NCBI GenBank assembly: GCA_027460535.1
Contig: JAPZAR010000004.1
Coordinates: 58,927 to 90,926, forward strand
Source: Candidatus Methanoperedens sp.
GTDB lineage: Archaea; Halobacteriota; Methanosarcinia; Methanosarcinales; Methanoperedenaceae
Direction of reading: 5' to 3'
DNA length: 32,000 bases
Of this stretch, positions 16,134-24,346 are shown piece by piece. The notes under the pieces are model-generated. The model saw nothing but the letters and a program-made list of their open reading frames with translations. It had not been told where the DNA came from and did not search any database. A program made the translations under genes and the position numbers. Numbering within the stretch: the stretch's first letter is position 1; every line of letters starts with the position of its first letter.

Positions 16134-17891
16134 TTATTGGTTGGAGGAATCATTTTTCGAATTGTAAAATGTGCAGGCATTATTGATTATGGTAGAACCA
16201 TTATTTCCGCTCTGGCAGCCCAGCATGAAGTTCAATAGTTCCTCGATCTCAGGTGAGGACACGTTTGGTAATTGTATGACAACGGGTTTTTTTGGCGGTC
16301 CAATCTCAGGCTTTTTGGGAGCAGGAGTTGAAGGAGGTGGTGTCGGGGTTGTGACCTCAGGGGGAGGCGTAACTATAATCTCGGGAGGTTCTGTTTTTTG
16401 GGGGGTTGCCTGTACTTCAGGAGCCCTGATCCCGATTTCCTGTTCCGGGCTCACAGACCTCACCTTTCCGCCTTTGGTGCCAAGTTCATAGTATTCAGCC
16501 ACGGCTCCCGGGAGCCTGACAGGCCCATTTGAGTTTATTTTGATCGCATAGGTGAAAGCTGCTTGCTCGCCTGCCTGAAGGTACGCATCGAACTCTGTGC
16601 TGCCGTTTACCAGCGTTGTAGACTCGGGGAGCGTATCATTTATTGTGACTTTCGTGGGAGTGCTTCCCGTATTCTCAACCTCTACCGTGACGGTGACCGT
16701 ATCTCCCGGGCTGATTTCTGAAACATCTGTCTTCTTTGTGACGGCGATCATTGGTCCATAGATTATGACCACGGGATGGTTTGATTGTATGGAATAATAT
16801 TCATTCTGTTGCCTGAACTCAGCCATTGCAGATGTCATTACAATTCCATCTTTGTTGGGCGTCAGAGGTTTTAACAGATAATGGAAGTCCCAATATCCGC
16901 CTGCAGGAATATCAATGACCCAATGGAGCGAATTATTATTCAAAAGTTTAAATTCGGGGGGAACGGAATCAGTAATACTCACGTTTTTAAGGTCATACTT
17001 ACCTCCATTTGTCAGGGAAAGTGAGACCATTATATTGTCTTTCAGATAGGCCTTATCATTTGCGCTTTTTCTAATGGAAAGGCTCACCGGAGATTCTCCC
17101 GATATTGTAACAGTCCTTTCGAACTCAGAATTATAGAAATTATCCATGACATCATATCCACTGATATTTGCTAATATGCTGACGGTTCTCTGTTCTGTTA
17201 CCGCAGGTGAGAAGAAAGTGACAGTCTTGGTGACTGTCTCTCCTATCCCAATCTTGTCAAAATGATAATTCAAACTTCCCCTTTTTACCTGGAGTTCGGT
17301 CTCAAGGTTCGCATCAACGTTGATGGCGTCAGCCGTGCCTGAATTTTCCAGCGTTACTACTGCTACGATTTCAGTGGAAGGCGAGGATGTGTATTCATCC
17401 TGTTCGGTATCAGCGGTTATGCCAAGGACAGGCTCCCCTCTTGGGTCCATTTCGAGCACCACCCATGGATTGTAACTTTCAAAAAGCCATTCAGTACCGT
17501 ATTTTGAGGGCAGCTTTTTTACCGTGATCTTCACGTTGCCGTCCGGGGACACATACGAATCCGCCAGTCCTAATACAGTTGTGTTGATAAAAACGCCGTC
17601 TTTTGATATATTCAACCCCACATAGGGTTCAACAGGTTCATCGGGAACTGCTTTATATCTGTCGGATTCCACAGGTGGAGGAAACATCACGACCTTTGCC
17701 GTATATCCATTGTAGGTAATCACCTGATCCCTGTAGAGCGTGCTGGAAATCCCCTGTTCCCACTGGATCTTCGTGAGATCGGCAGCCATTGCTTCTCCAG
17801 CGAACGCAGTTAAAAGCAGGGCTACCATTAGCCATTTAATCATCCCGTATCTTTTTTCCCCATACTCATTTGCCAAAACATTGAAATCCAT
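16134..17891 (-). CDS. large secreted CARDB/COG1361-type surface protein with Pro/Thr-rich linker
   Basis: Signal peptide MIKWLMVALLLTAFAGEAMA (likely start at 17843), repeated Ig-like strand patterns (ISPGDTVTVTVEVENTGS), the PT-rich stretch TPPPEVTTPTPPPSTPAPKKP and a Cys-containing tail. Confidence 0.8.
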   Translation of the reverse strand: MDFNVLANEYGEKRYGMIKWLMVALLLTAFAGEAMAADLTKIQWEQGISSTLYRDQVITYNGYTAKVVMFPPPVESDRYKAVPDEPVEPYVGLNISKDGVFINTTVLGLADSYVSPDGNVKITVKKLPSKYGTEWLFESYNPWVVLEMDPRGEPVLGITADTEQDEYTSSPSTEIVAVVTLENSGTADAINVDANLETELQVKRGSLNYHFDKIGIGETVTKTVTFFSPAVTEQRTVSILANISGYDVMDNFYNSEFERTVTISGESPVSLSIRKSANDKAYLKDNIMVSLSLTNGGKYDLKNVSITDSVPPEFKLLNNNSLHWVIDIPAGGYWDFHYLLKPLTPNKDGIVMTSAMAEFRQQNEYYSIQSNHPVVIIYGPMIAVTKKTDVSEISPGDTVTVTVEVENTGSTPTKVTINDTLPESTTLVNGSTEFDAYLQAGEQAAFTYAIKINSNGPVRLPGAVAEYYELGTKGGKVRSVSPEQEIGIRAPEVQATPQKTEPPEIIVTPPPEVTTPTPPPSTPAPKKPEIGPPKKPVVIQLPNVSSPEIEELLNFMLGCQSGNNGSTIINNACTFYNSKNDSSNQ

Positions 17892-18065
17892 AATAGTCTA
17901 ACATTTTTTCGTATTTTTACGAACAAAATCTATTTTCTACCTGCTCTAAGATTTATCCTATTCTATTAGTTATATGTAAGAAATACTGGTACTTATAATT
18001 TCCGATGCCATTAAAGGGTAATTTTGCGATAAATTCAAATGGTATAAAGACATCAAAGAGGATTC

Positions 18066-18251
18066 ATGGCAAAAAAGAAAGAAGGCAGCGGCCTGATGTC
18101 CTCTGCAGGCCTTATGAGATATTATGATGCAGAGGAGACGGCTTTTCAGATAGACCCAAAAACCGTGGTCACAGTCGCAGTTATCGCAGGGATAGCAGTC
18201 CTGATATTGAATGCTTATTACGGCATCTGGCCGATACGAGGAGGGCCCTGA
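18066..18251 (+). CDS. secG: preprotein translocase subunit Sec61-beta (archaeal SecG)
   Basis: SSAGLMRYYD motif followed by a single C-terminal TM segment; 61 aa. Confidence 0.85.
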   Translation: MAKKKEGSGLMSSAGLMRYYDAEETAFQIDPKTVVTVAVIAGIAVLILNAYYGIWPIRGGP

Positions 18252-18270
18252 TTAGATATTCAGGACCCTC
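18241..18270. terminator. convergent-gene hairpin GAGGGCCCTGA / TCAGGACCCTC
   Basis: 11-bp inverted repeat with one central mismatch, formed by the last codons of secG and purD. Confidence 0.4.
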
Positions 18271-19561
18271 TCAGTTCTTCCATGTGAAGTATCCTTTTTT
18301 TAATGAGTTCATCAGTTCCAATATCATGCCTGCTGTACAGGTGGCCTTTTAAGCCGGATAGGCCAGATTCTGCCCTCTTCTCGGCTTCTCTGATGGTGCC
18401 TGCGATACCCAGGATGGCAAGTGCCCTCGAACCTGTGGTGAACACTTTGTTGTCCTTCTCGTAGACGCTCGAATAAAAAAGAAGCGCGTCCCCGCTGTTC
18501 CCTGTTTCCACCACCGAATCCCGAATTGGATTATCCGGGTAGCCCGCAGGTACGGCGTACTTGCATACCGTGGCCTGCTTTCTGAACGTGACCTTTATTC
18601 TGTCCAGCTGACCGTTCACGATAGCATTACATACCTCCAGGAAATCATTATTGAGAAGGGGGAGCACATTCATGGCTTCAGGGTCGCCGAAACGGGCATT
18701 GAACTCTATGACAGAAATACCTTTTTTGGTGGCCATGAACTGGCCGTAAAGGATACCCTGGTAAGGGATCCCGGTCTCAGTCCTTATGGCGCACACCACA
18801 TCGTTCATTATCTTTTTAGCATCAGTATAATCCGAAACTTTCATGAATGGCAAGATCTCTTTTGAATCTGTGTAGGATCCCATTCCTCCGGTATTTGGGC
18901 CTTTATCCCCTTCGTACGCTCGCTTGTGGTCCTGGACTGCGGGAGCGAACGCAAGATTGCTGCCGTCGACAAATGCCTGGACCGTGAATTCCTCGCCTAT
19001 GAGCCTCTCCTCAATTACAAGGTCATCATTTTTCAATACATCTCTGGCATATTCTTTTGCGCCGTCAATTGCGAAGTGATCACCCATCACCTTCACGCCC
19101 TTGCCGCCTGTCAGGCCAGCTGGTTTTATGACGACGTCCTTAAGCTCATCTATGTATTCATCCGTGCCTGCATCGCCTTTTCTGAAAACCTTGAATTGGG
19201 GTAAGCCCTGGATGTTGTACTTCTTCATGAAATTGCGAGTCCAGGCTTTGTCAAATTCGATCTGCGCTGCGAGGCGCCGTGGCCCCACAACAGGGATACC
19301 CGCATCCCAGAGCAGATCCGATATTCCAGCTGCAAGCGGCGTCTCGGGGCCGATGATTGCAAGTTCTATGCCTCTTGAAAGCGCATAATCAACAATGGCT
19401 CTATCAGTCTCTTTTATCAGCAGGAAATCTTTACACAGCCGTGCTATGCCAGGGTTCTTCTTGCTCATTGCAGCGTAAAGCTCCGGGTTCTTCTTGCTCC
19501 GGGCTATGGCCTCCGCGATGGCATGCTCCCGCCCTCCGCTTCCGATTAAAAGCACCTTCAT
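18260..19561 (-). CDS. purD: phosphoribosylamine-glycine ligase
   Basis: [15 protein letters not shown]-terminus and an ATP-grasp core; 433 aa. Confidence 0.95.
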   Translation of the reverse strand: MKVLLIGSGGREHAIAEAIARSKKNPELYAAMSKKNPGIARLCKDFLLIKETDRAIVDYALSRGIELAIIGPETPLAAGISDLLWDAGIPVVGPRRLAAQIEFDKAWTRNFMKKYNIQGLPQFKVFRKGDAGTDEYIDELKDVVIKPAGLTGGKGVKVMGDHFAIDGAKEYARDVLKNDDLVIEERLIGEEFTVQAFVDGSNLAFAPAVQDHKRAYEGDKGPNTGGMGSYTDSKEILPFMKVSDYTDAKKIMNDVVCAIRTETGIPYQGILYGQFMATKKGISVIEFNARFGDPEAMNVLPLLNNDFLEVCNAIVNGQLDRIKVTFRKQATVCKYAVPAGYPDNPIRDSVVETGNSGDALLFYSSVYEKDNKVFTTGSRALAILGIAGTIREAEKRAESGLSGLKGHLYSRHDIGTDELIKKRILHMEELRGS

Positions 19562-19602
19562 ATTCTCTCTCAGAATGTTTTTTCAGATAAAAATGTTCTG
19601 GT

Positions 19603-19700
19603 TAAATAATTGGAGACTTTTTATTATTTTCTGGTTTGAAAACCACGGAGTCTGCCATGAACTGTAGTTCATAAATGAACATGAAAAAAACAAAAATATT
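19603..19700. repeat. left copy of ~100-nt inverted repeat containing the ATGAAC-TGTA-GTTCAT-AA-ATGAAC triple half-site
   Basis: Its reverse complement aligns with 23622-23738 (about 6 mismatches in the 60-nt core, plus a ~20-nt indel). Confidence 0.75.
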
Positions 19701-20008
19701 CAGAAAGACAGCGAACTAATACAAACTGAAACGAATTATGCTAAACCCCATATTACTTATTTCTAATTTCTTTATAATTAAATACCGATAAAATATAGAA
19801 AAATAATGACGTTTCAATAAACGCCTTAATTTGCAATAAAGGAAAGATATTTTCGGGTTGTGTTGCGTTGACGGGAGTTTTAACTGTCTGAACTTAACTG
19901 TTGCATGAGAGTTGCACAGCATTTGAGTGGAGTAGGTTGCGTTTATACCGCAGGACAGGCATTAAAACATTTATTTATCTGAGAGTTCTGTGACCTGGAG
20001 GATTAAGT

Positions 20009-20176
20009 ATGGGAGATAAAAAAATATATTGCATTGATTGTAACAAAGATTTCATTTTCACAGAAGGCGAGCAACAATTCTTTGAAGAGAAGGGATACAG
20101 TGAGCCAATTAGGTGCAAGGACTGTCGGAATAAAAGAAAGACTGAAAAAAGAACCACTAGCTTTAGACCATATTAA
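20009..20176 (+). CDS. 55-aa zinc-ribbon protein (CxxC...CxxC; zf-trcl-like)
   Basis: My translation: MGDKKIYCIDCNKDFIFTEGEQQFFEEKGYSEPIRCKDCRNKRKTEKRTTSFRPY*. A strong GGAGGA RBS lies 6 nt upstream. The ORF is under the 60-aa track cutoff. Confidence 0.8.
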   Translation: MGDKKIYCIDCNKDFIFTEGEQQFFEEKGYSEPIRCKDCRNKRKTEKRTTSFRPY

Positions 20177-20186
20177 TATGTGAGTC

Positions 20187-20579
20187 ATGCCTACCTTCGA
20201 TATAACTGAAAAGCGTCCCCGCATAAACATCTTCAAAATCAGCGGCGCCTACTATTTCAAACACTTTTTCGATGACCCTGAACTATTCAGGGAACTTGAA
20301 CCATATTATGAAACGGCAAGTTACAGGTTCAAAATGGCAACTGCAGGGGAGAGAAATAAAGTCATGAAGCTCCTTGATAGAAAAGGCTTTGACCCAAATA
20401 TAATCGAAGACCCTGCTCCCTATACAGTAGAAATTAACAAGTATCAGAAATATGGCGAGCTTCTGAAGAATTCGAAAGAAAGTTATCCACTACGGGATAA
20501 GGTGGTTCTGGTCATGAGAGATATTGTGTGGGTTGAGCAGGCTTTGGTTATGGGTGCTAAAATGCAGGAGCATCAGTAG
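20187..20579 (+). CDS. hypothetical protein, 130 aa
   Basis: ORF 10 nt downstream of the Zn-ribbon gene. I recognised no motif. Confidence 0.55.
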   Translation: MPTFDITEKRPRINIFKISGAYYFKHFFDDPELFRELEPYYETASYRFKMATAGERNKVMKLLDRKGFDPNIIEDPAPYTVEINKYQKYGELLKNSKESYPLRDKVVLVMRDIVWVEQALVMGAKMQEHQ

Positions 20580-20686
20580 CAGCAGATTACAAATCAGTGT
20601 GCATGGCGACAGTATCTTAGCAAAACTTATATATTATAATAATAAATTAATGATAAGACAACGGAATGTTGTCAGGGTATGAAAAT

Positions 20687-20998
20687 ATGGCGAAAACAAG
20701 AAGTAAGAAAATAATGGGAAGAAGTTTTGTTTTAAGAGCAAAGAACGGTAAAGAGACTGGAGTATTTTCAGGAAGTCAGCCACGACAAGCAGCATTGAAA
20801 GCAGCTAACCGCAGCAAAGGAACAAAATCAAATCCTGCCGAAATAAGACTAAGGGAAAGAGGAACAAAGAAAGTCCATATATTTAAAGGATGGAAAGTGC
20901 TCGTTTCTGCACCGAAAAATAAACCTTCCTGGATGCCTGCCAAGATTAATAAGCCCAATGTAAAGAAGGCAGGCGTTGAAAAACTAAAGAAAATTTAG
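20687..20998 (+). CDS. chromosomal protein MC1
   Basis: FVLRAKNGKETGVFSGSQPRQAALKAANR...IRLRERGTKKVHIFKGW...APKNKPSWMP matches the Methanosarcina MC1 sequence as I remember it. The start is ambiguous (20687 or 20714). A TATA-like CTTATATATT lies at about 20626. Confidence 0.88.
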   Translation: MAKTRSKKIMGRSFVLRAKNGKETGVFSGSQPRQAALKAANRSKGTKSNPAEIRLRERGTKKVHIFKGWKVLVSAPKNKPSWMPAKINKPNVKKAGVEKLKKI

Positions 20999-21021
20999 AA
21001 TGACATAGACATCAATGCAGA

Positions 21022-21084
21022 TTGAGGATTGGGAGCAAAGAAGGTTTAAATGGATGCAAGGGATTAAACCTTCTCAATCCTCAA
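21022..21084. other. 63-nt two-tier perfect inverted repeat
   Basis: TTGAGGATTG (21022-31) pairs with CAATCCTCAA (21075-84), and GAAGGTTTAA (21040-49) pairs with TTAAACCTTC (21064-73). No T-run follows. Confidence 0.6.
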
Positions 21085-21160
21085 CCTGCCTAACCTTATG
21101 ATAGCACAATAGCGGTTTCTGACCATTATCCTGGTTGTCAGTAAAAGGTGATGGTACTCT

Positions 21161-21922
21161 ATGGAAGAAGTAAGAAAAGTCCAAATAAGAAATTTTATCA
21201 AAAAAGAATTTAACATTGAGATTGATGAAAAGTATATTGAAGATTATGATGAAGCTTTGACGCATTATAACGACAATAGAACTAAAGGGACTCGTAAGCC
21301 AGAAAGACTTGCGTTTTTAGGCGATTCATATCTTGAATATATCGTGCGAAAATATTTGTTTCATAAAGATAATTTTAATCTCGGACAAATGGATTCATTA
21401 AAACAGGGGTTAGTTGGTAACGAAAATGGTTGGCGAAAGATAGCAGAAAAAATTGGATTAGGTGAACAGATGGTTTATATCCAACAAAATCAACGGATTC
21501 CACGTTCTATCTACTCGACCAAAGAATTAGCTCGCTCATTTGAAGCATTGGCAGCAGTTTTATCTTACGATTGTCCAAATAACGCCGAAGAAAAATTGAT
21601 AGCTTTGTTCATCAAATTGGGCTATTTACAAAATTTGAGCAAACCTGATGACCTTGGACGGCTTGAAGAAGCTTTAGCCACCTATGATAAGGCTATTGAA
21701 ATTAACCCAAAAGATGAGAAGGCATGGGTTGATAAGGGCAGTGCTCTTGATGACCTTGGACGGGAGGAAGAAGCTTTAGTCTGCTATGATAAGGCTATTG
21801 AAATTAACCCAAAAGATGCGAGGGTATGGAGTTTGAAGAGCTGGGCTCTTGATGACCTTGGACGGGATGAAGAAGCTGAAGCCTGCCGTGATAAGGTTCA
21901 GAACCTATTCCGATGCTTGTGA
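21161..21922 (+). CDS. RNase III-like domain protein fused to C-terminal TPR repeats
   Basis: ERLAFLGDSYLEY (RNase III signature with Glu to Ala at the fourth position) and ELARSFEALAAVLSYD, followed by 2.7 34-aa TPR units. AAGGTGATGG RBS. Confidence 0.7.
   Translation: MEEVRKVQIRNFIKKEFNIEIDEKYIEDYDEALTHYNDNRTKGTRKPERLAFLGDSYLEYIVRKYLFHKDNFNLGQMDSLKQGLVGNENGWRKIAEKIGLGEQMVYIQQNQRIPRSIYSTKELARSFEALAAVLSYDCPNNAEEKLIALFIKLGYLQNLSKPDDLGRLEEALATYDKAIEINPKDEKAWVDKGSALDDLGREEEALVCYDKAIEINPKDARVWSLKSWALDDLGRDEEAEACRDKVQNLFRCL
21644..21922 (+). repeat. tandem 102-bp repeats (2.7 units) encoding the TPR units
   Basis: Units start at 21644, 21746 and 21848. The first ~80 nt of units 1 and 2 are about 89% identical by eye. 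Confidence 0.85.
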
Positions 21923-22192
21923 CTGCATTATAACCTTCAAACGAAGACAGTGGGGCACAAAATGAAAAAATGGCAAAGCTCTGTGCTCTCTGTGTGCTGG
22001 TATGAAAAACGGGACAACTTCAACCGGCTAAAATGAGCAAACGAAGCAACAATTTTAAAATAGATTTTATAACTTAAAGAATTTTCCAACTAAAGCAATA
22101 AAATAATACTTAAAGTAATCTTTATTTTTCATCTCAAATATAAAGCTACAGCTAATAGCTACGGTCAATCAGGATGATATCATCTTTATTTT

Positions 22193-23431
22193 CTATGCGT
22201 TTGCCGCACTTTTATTGATAGAATACCCCGCTTCACAGAGTATTCCAATCATATCATCAATACTAAAGTCTTTCACTGGAATAAATTTTGGAAGTTTGAA
22301 TTTCTTTTGTTTGCCCTCTTCTTCCGAATACGTTTCCTTAAACTTTAGCAGGTGATGTATGATACTTACAAGCTTTCTTGCAAGAGCAACAATTGCTTTT
22401 TTATGACCTTTTTTTGCCTTGATTCTTTGATAAAAAATCCTAAGCTTATTAGGTCTTCCAATAGCGATGGAATTAGCTGCCAGAACAAGGACTGTCCTTA
22501 AAAATTTATTTCCTTTTTTAGTAATATGTCCATTTGAAGATTTTCCTGCAGATTCATTAATTGAAGGAGCTAGTCCACTCCAACCTACAAGTTTCTTAGG
22601 TTTAGAGAAAACATCTATATTCTCGATTTCAGCCATTACAGCAGCCGCTGTTGTAAAACCTACACCTGGAATGCTCATCAGTATTTCCATTTCTTTTTGC
22701 ATTCCTTTCAAATTATGATTGATCTTTGAGTCAAATTCTTTGATTTTCTGATCGAGAAATTTAACTGAATCAAGACATTGTTTTATTACAAAAATGTCGT
22801 TCTGACTTAATTCTCCTTTCAGTGAGGTCCTTATTTCTGTTTTCTTAATTTTTATCCTCTTGCTTTTGATTTCAACAAATATTTGATCAATGGTTCTTCC
22901 ATTCAATATCCCGTTCAGGATAATTTTTCCAGATTTTCCAAATATGTCTGTAAGGACTCCTGAAATATGAATTCCTGCACGAGATAATACTTTATGAACT
23001 CTGTTTTTGAAAACTGTTCTTGACTGAGTTAATTTTACATGAGATCTTGTCAATTCCCTGATCTCTCGTATTTCTTTTGGAGGGATATATGATGGTTTTA
23101 TTTGACCGTTGAGGCAAATCTCAGCTATCCATTCAGAATCAAGAGTATCGTTCTTTCGTCCCGGAATATTCTTTATCTGTAATGGATTCGCAATTATTGT
23201 TTCAACTTTACCTTCCAATAATGTATGTGTTGGAATCCAATAGACTCCAGTTGATTCGATCGCTACTCTCTGACATTTATTATCTACTATCCATTCTCTC
23301 AGATTCAGTAAATCTTCTACACATGTACTGAATCTCCTGGTATCTTTTGTACCAGCCAGATCAAGCATCGTTGCCATTAAAAACGCTTGATGCATATCTA
23401 TTCCACAAGCTTTTTCTACACGTATATTCAT
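22193..23431 (-). CDS. IS110-family (DEDD-type) transposase/recombinase
   Basis: N-terminal GIDMHQ...AIESTGVYW and C-terminal SIPGVGFTTAAAVMAEI...GHITKKGNKFLR, typical of IS110/IS116/IS902 transposases. Confidence 0.92.
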   Translation of the reverse strand: MNIRVEKACGIDMHQAFLMATMLDLAGTKDTRRFSTCVEDLLNLREWIVDNKCQRVAIESTGVYWIPTHTLLEGKVETIIANPLQIKNIPGRKNDTLDSEWIAEICLNGQIKPSYIPPKEIREIRELTRSHVKLTQSRTVFKNRVHKVLSRAGIHISGVLTDIFGKSGKIILNGILNGRTIDQIFVEIKSKRIKIKKTEIRTSLKGELSQNDIFVIKQCLDSVKFLDQKIKEFDSKINHNLKGMQKEMEILMSIPGVGFTTAAAVMAEIENIDVFSKPKKLVGWSGLAPSINESAGKSSNGHITKKGNKFLRTVLVLAANSIAIGRPNKLRIFYQRIKAKKGHKKAIVALARKLVSIIHHLLKFKETYSEEEGKQKKFKLPKFIPVKDFSIDDMIGILCEAGYSINKSAANA

Positions 23432-23456
23432 AGATTATTCACCCTGACTAAAGGGT

Positions 23457-23600
23457 TCTGATATGAGCAGAGAAATGAATTATATGGAACATTCTGGTAT
23501 CCGTACTCTAAGGTACATTCATTTATTCGCAGAATGTTAACCAGACTCTGTGACGAGTTCAAGACCCAGACACAGATTGGTCTACTCTGCTCATACCAGA
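23457..23600 (-). ncRNA. candidate IS110 bridge (guide) RNA in the leader upstream of the transposase
   Basis: No plausible ORF in this region. Nested inverted repeats: 16 nt with 1 mismatch (23457-72 / 23585-600) and a perfect 9 nt (23488-96 / 23530-38). Confidence 0.35.
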
Positions 23601-23621
23601 TATTAGTAAAACAGGGCAACT

Positions 23622-23738
23622 AATATGTATTTTTTCATGTTCATTTATGAACCGCAGTTCATAGCCGACTCTGTGGTTGATTACCTATGGTAATATTCCT
23701 TTTTCCAGAAGAGATTAAAAAGTCTCAATAATTGAGAG
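23622..23738. repeat. right copy of the ~100-nt inverted repeat
   Basis: See 19603-19700. The hairpin loop differs (TGCG versus TGTA) while the stem is kept. Confidence 0.75.
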
Positions 23739-23897
23739 GGTTCATCTGGAATGGGAATGTGAAGAGCCGCAATAAATGCCCATGTACTATTGATGAACAG
23801 ACGCTCTTGATGGAGTTAGAATTCAAGTGTATGACACAGAAACCTGCAATAACATTTAATACGTGGGGATGTTATAAATTTAGAATGCTGGGATGCA

Positions 23898-24332
23898 ATG
23901 ATACCTGAAGAGATTCTTGGATATTCTTTCAAAAATGAATATTATTTAAACCGGGCTTTGACGCGCAAAGCTTACGCAAACGAACTAAAGCAGCAAAATA
24001 AAGAGTGTGAAGACCAGGAAATATATCGAACTCTTGGTGACGCGGTGTTGAAATTGGCACTGGTAGATCTGTTGATAAAATCGGGTTGCAATACAAGGGA
24101 TGAGATAACCAGTAAGAAAAAAGATCTAGAGCGAGAGGAGGGACTTGCAGAAATAGGTCGGCAGCTTGGGATCGGACCAGCCATTAAATTGGGTGTTGGA
24201 GAGAAAAAGCAGAGAGCGGATGAAGAGCCAAAAGTCCTCGCTGAAACGCTGGAAGCATTGATAGCTGCAATTTATTATGACGGGGGATTTGATGCAGCCA
24301 AGGCGGTCATTGGTAAATGGTTCAGGATTTAA
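23898..24332 (+). CDS. stand-alone RNase III-like domain protein (144 aa, no dsRBD)
   Basis: EIYRTLGDAVLKLALVDLL and VLAETLEALIAAIYYDGG correspond to the two RNase III catalytic-domain motifs. Confidence 0.7.
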   Translation: MIPEEILGYSFKNEYYLNRALTRKAYANELKQQNKECEDQEIYRTLGDAVLKLALVDLLIKSGCNTRDEITSKKKDLEREEGLAEIGRQLGIGPAIKLGVGEKKQRADEEPKVLAETLEALIAAIYYDGGFDAAKAVIGKWFRI

Positions 24333-24346
24333 TAAGGCCATCCTGA

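Larger units (their letters stand above)
22133..23627 (-). mobile_element. IS110-family insertion sequence (boundaries approximate)
   Basis: Contains a transposase gene plus ~60 nt 3' and ~195 nt 5' non-coding sequence. It is flanked by the near-identical direct repeats TATTTTTCAT (22123-22132) and TATTTTTTCAT (23628-23638), 1506 bp apart. The right end could lie anywhere between 23600 and 23640. Confidence 0.6.

Noticed and set aside
19716-19922. 68-aa minus-strand ORF in the AT-rich spacer
   Set aside because: Lys/Leu/Phe-rich product of AT-rich DNA with no RBS. The region is more likely promoter or spacer sequence. GTTGCGTT recurs at about 19860 and 19937 but is too short to interpret.
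20666-20713. Longer N-terminus for MC1 starting at 20666
   Set aside because: The TATA-like box at about 20626 places the TSS near 20655. Known MC1 proteins begin right before the FVLR block, so 20687 or 20714 is more plausible.
21896-22132. The TPR gene being truncated by the IS110 insertion
   Set aside because: The ORF ends about 200 bp before the nearest plausible IS boundary. No continuation of the TPR repeat is visible on the far side of the IS.
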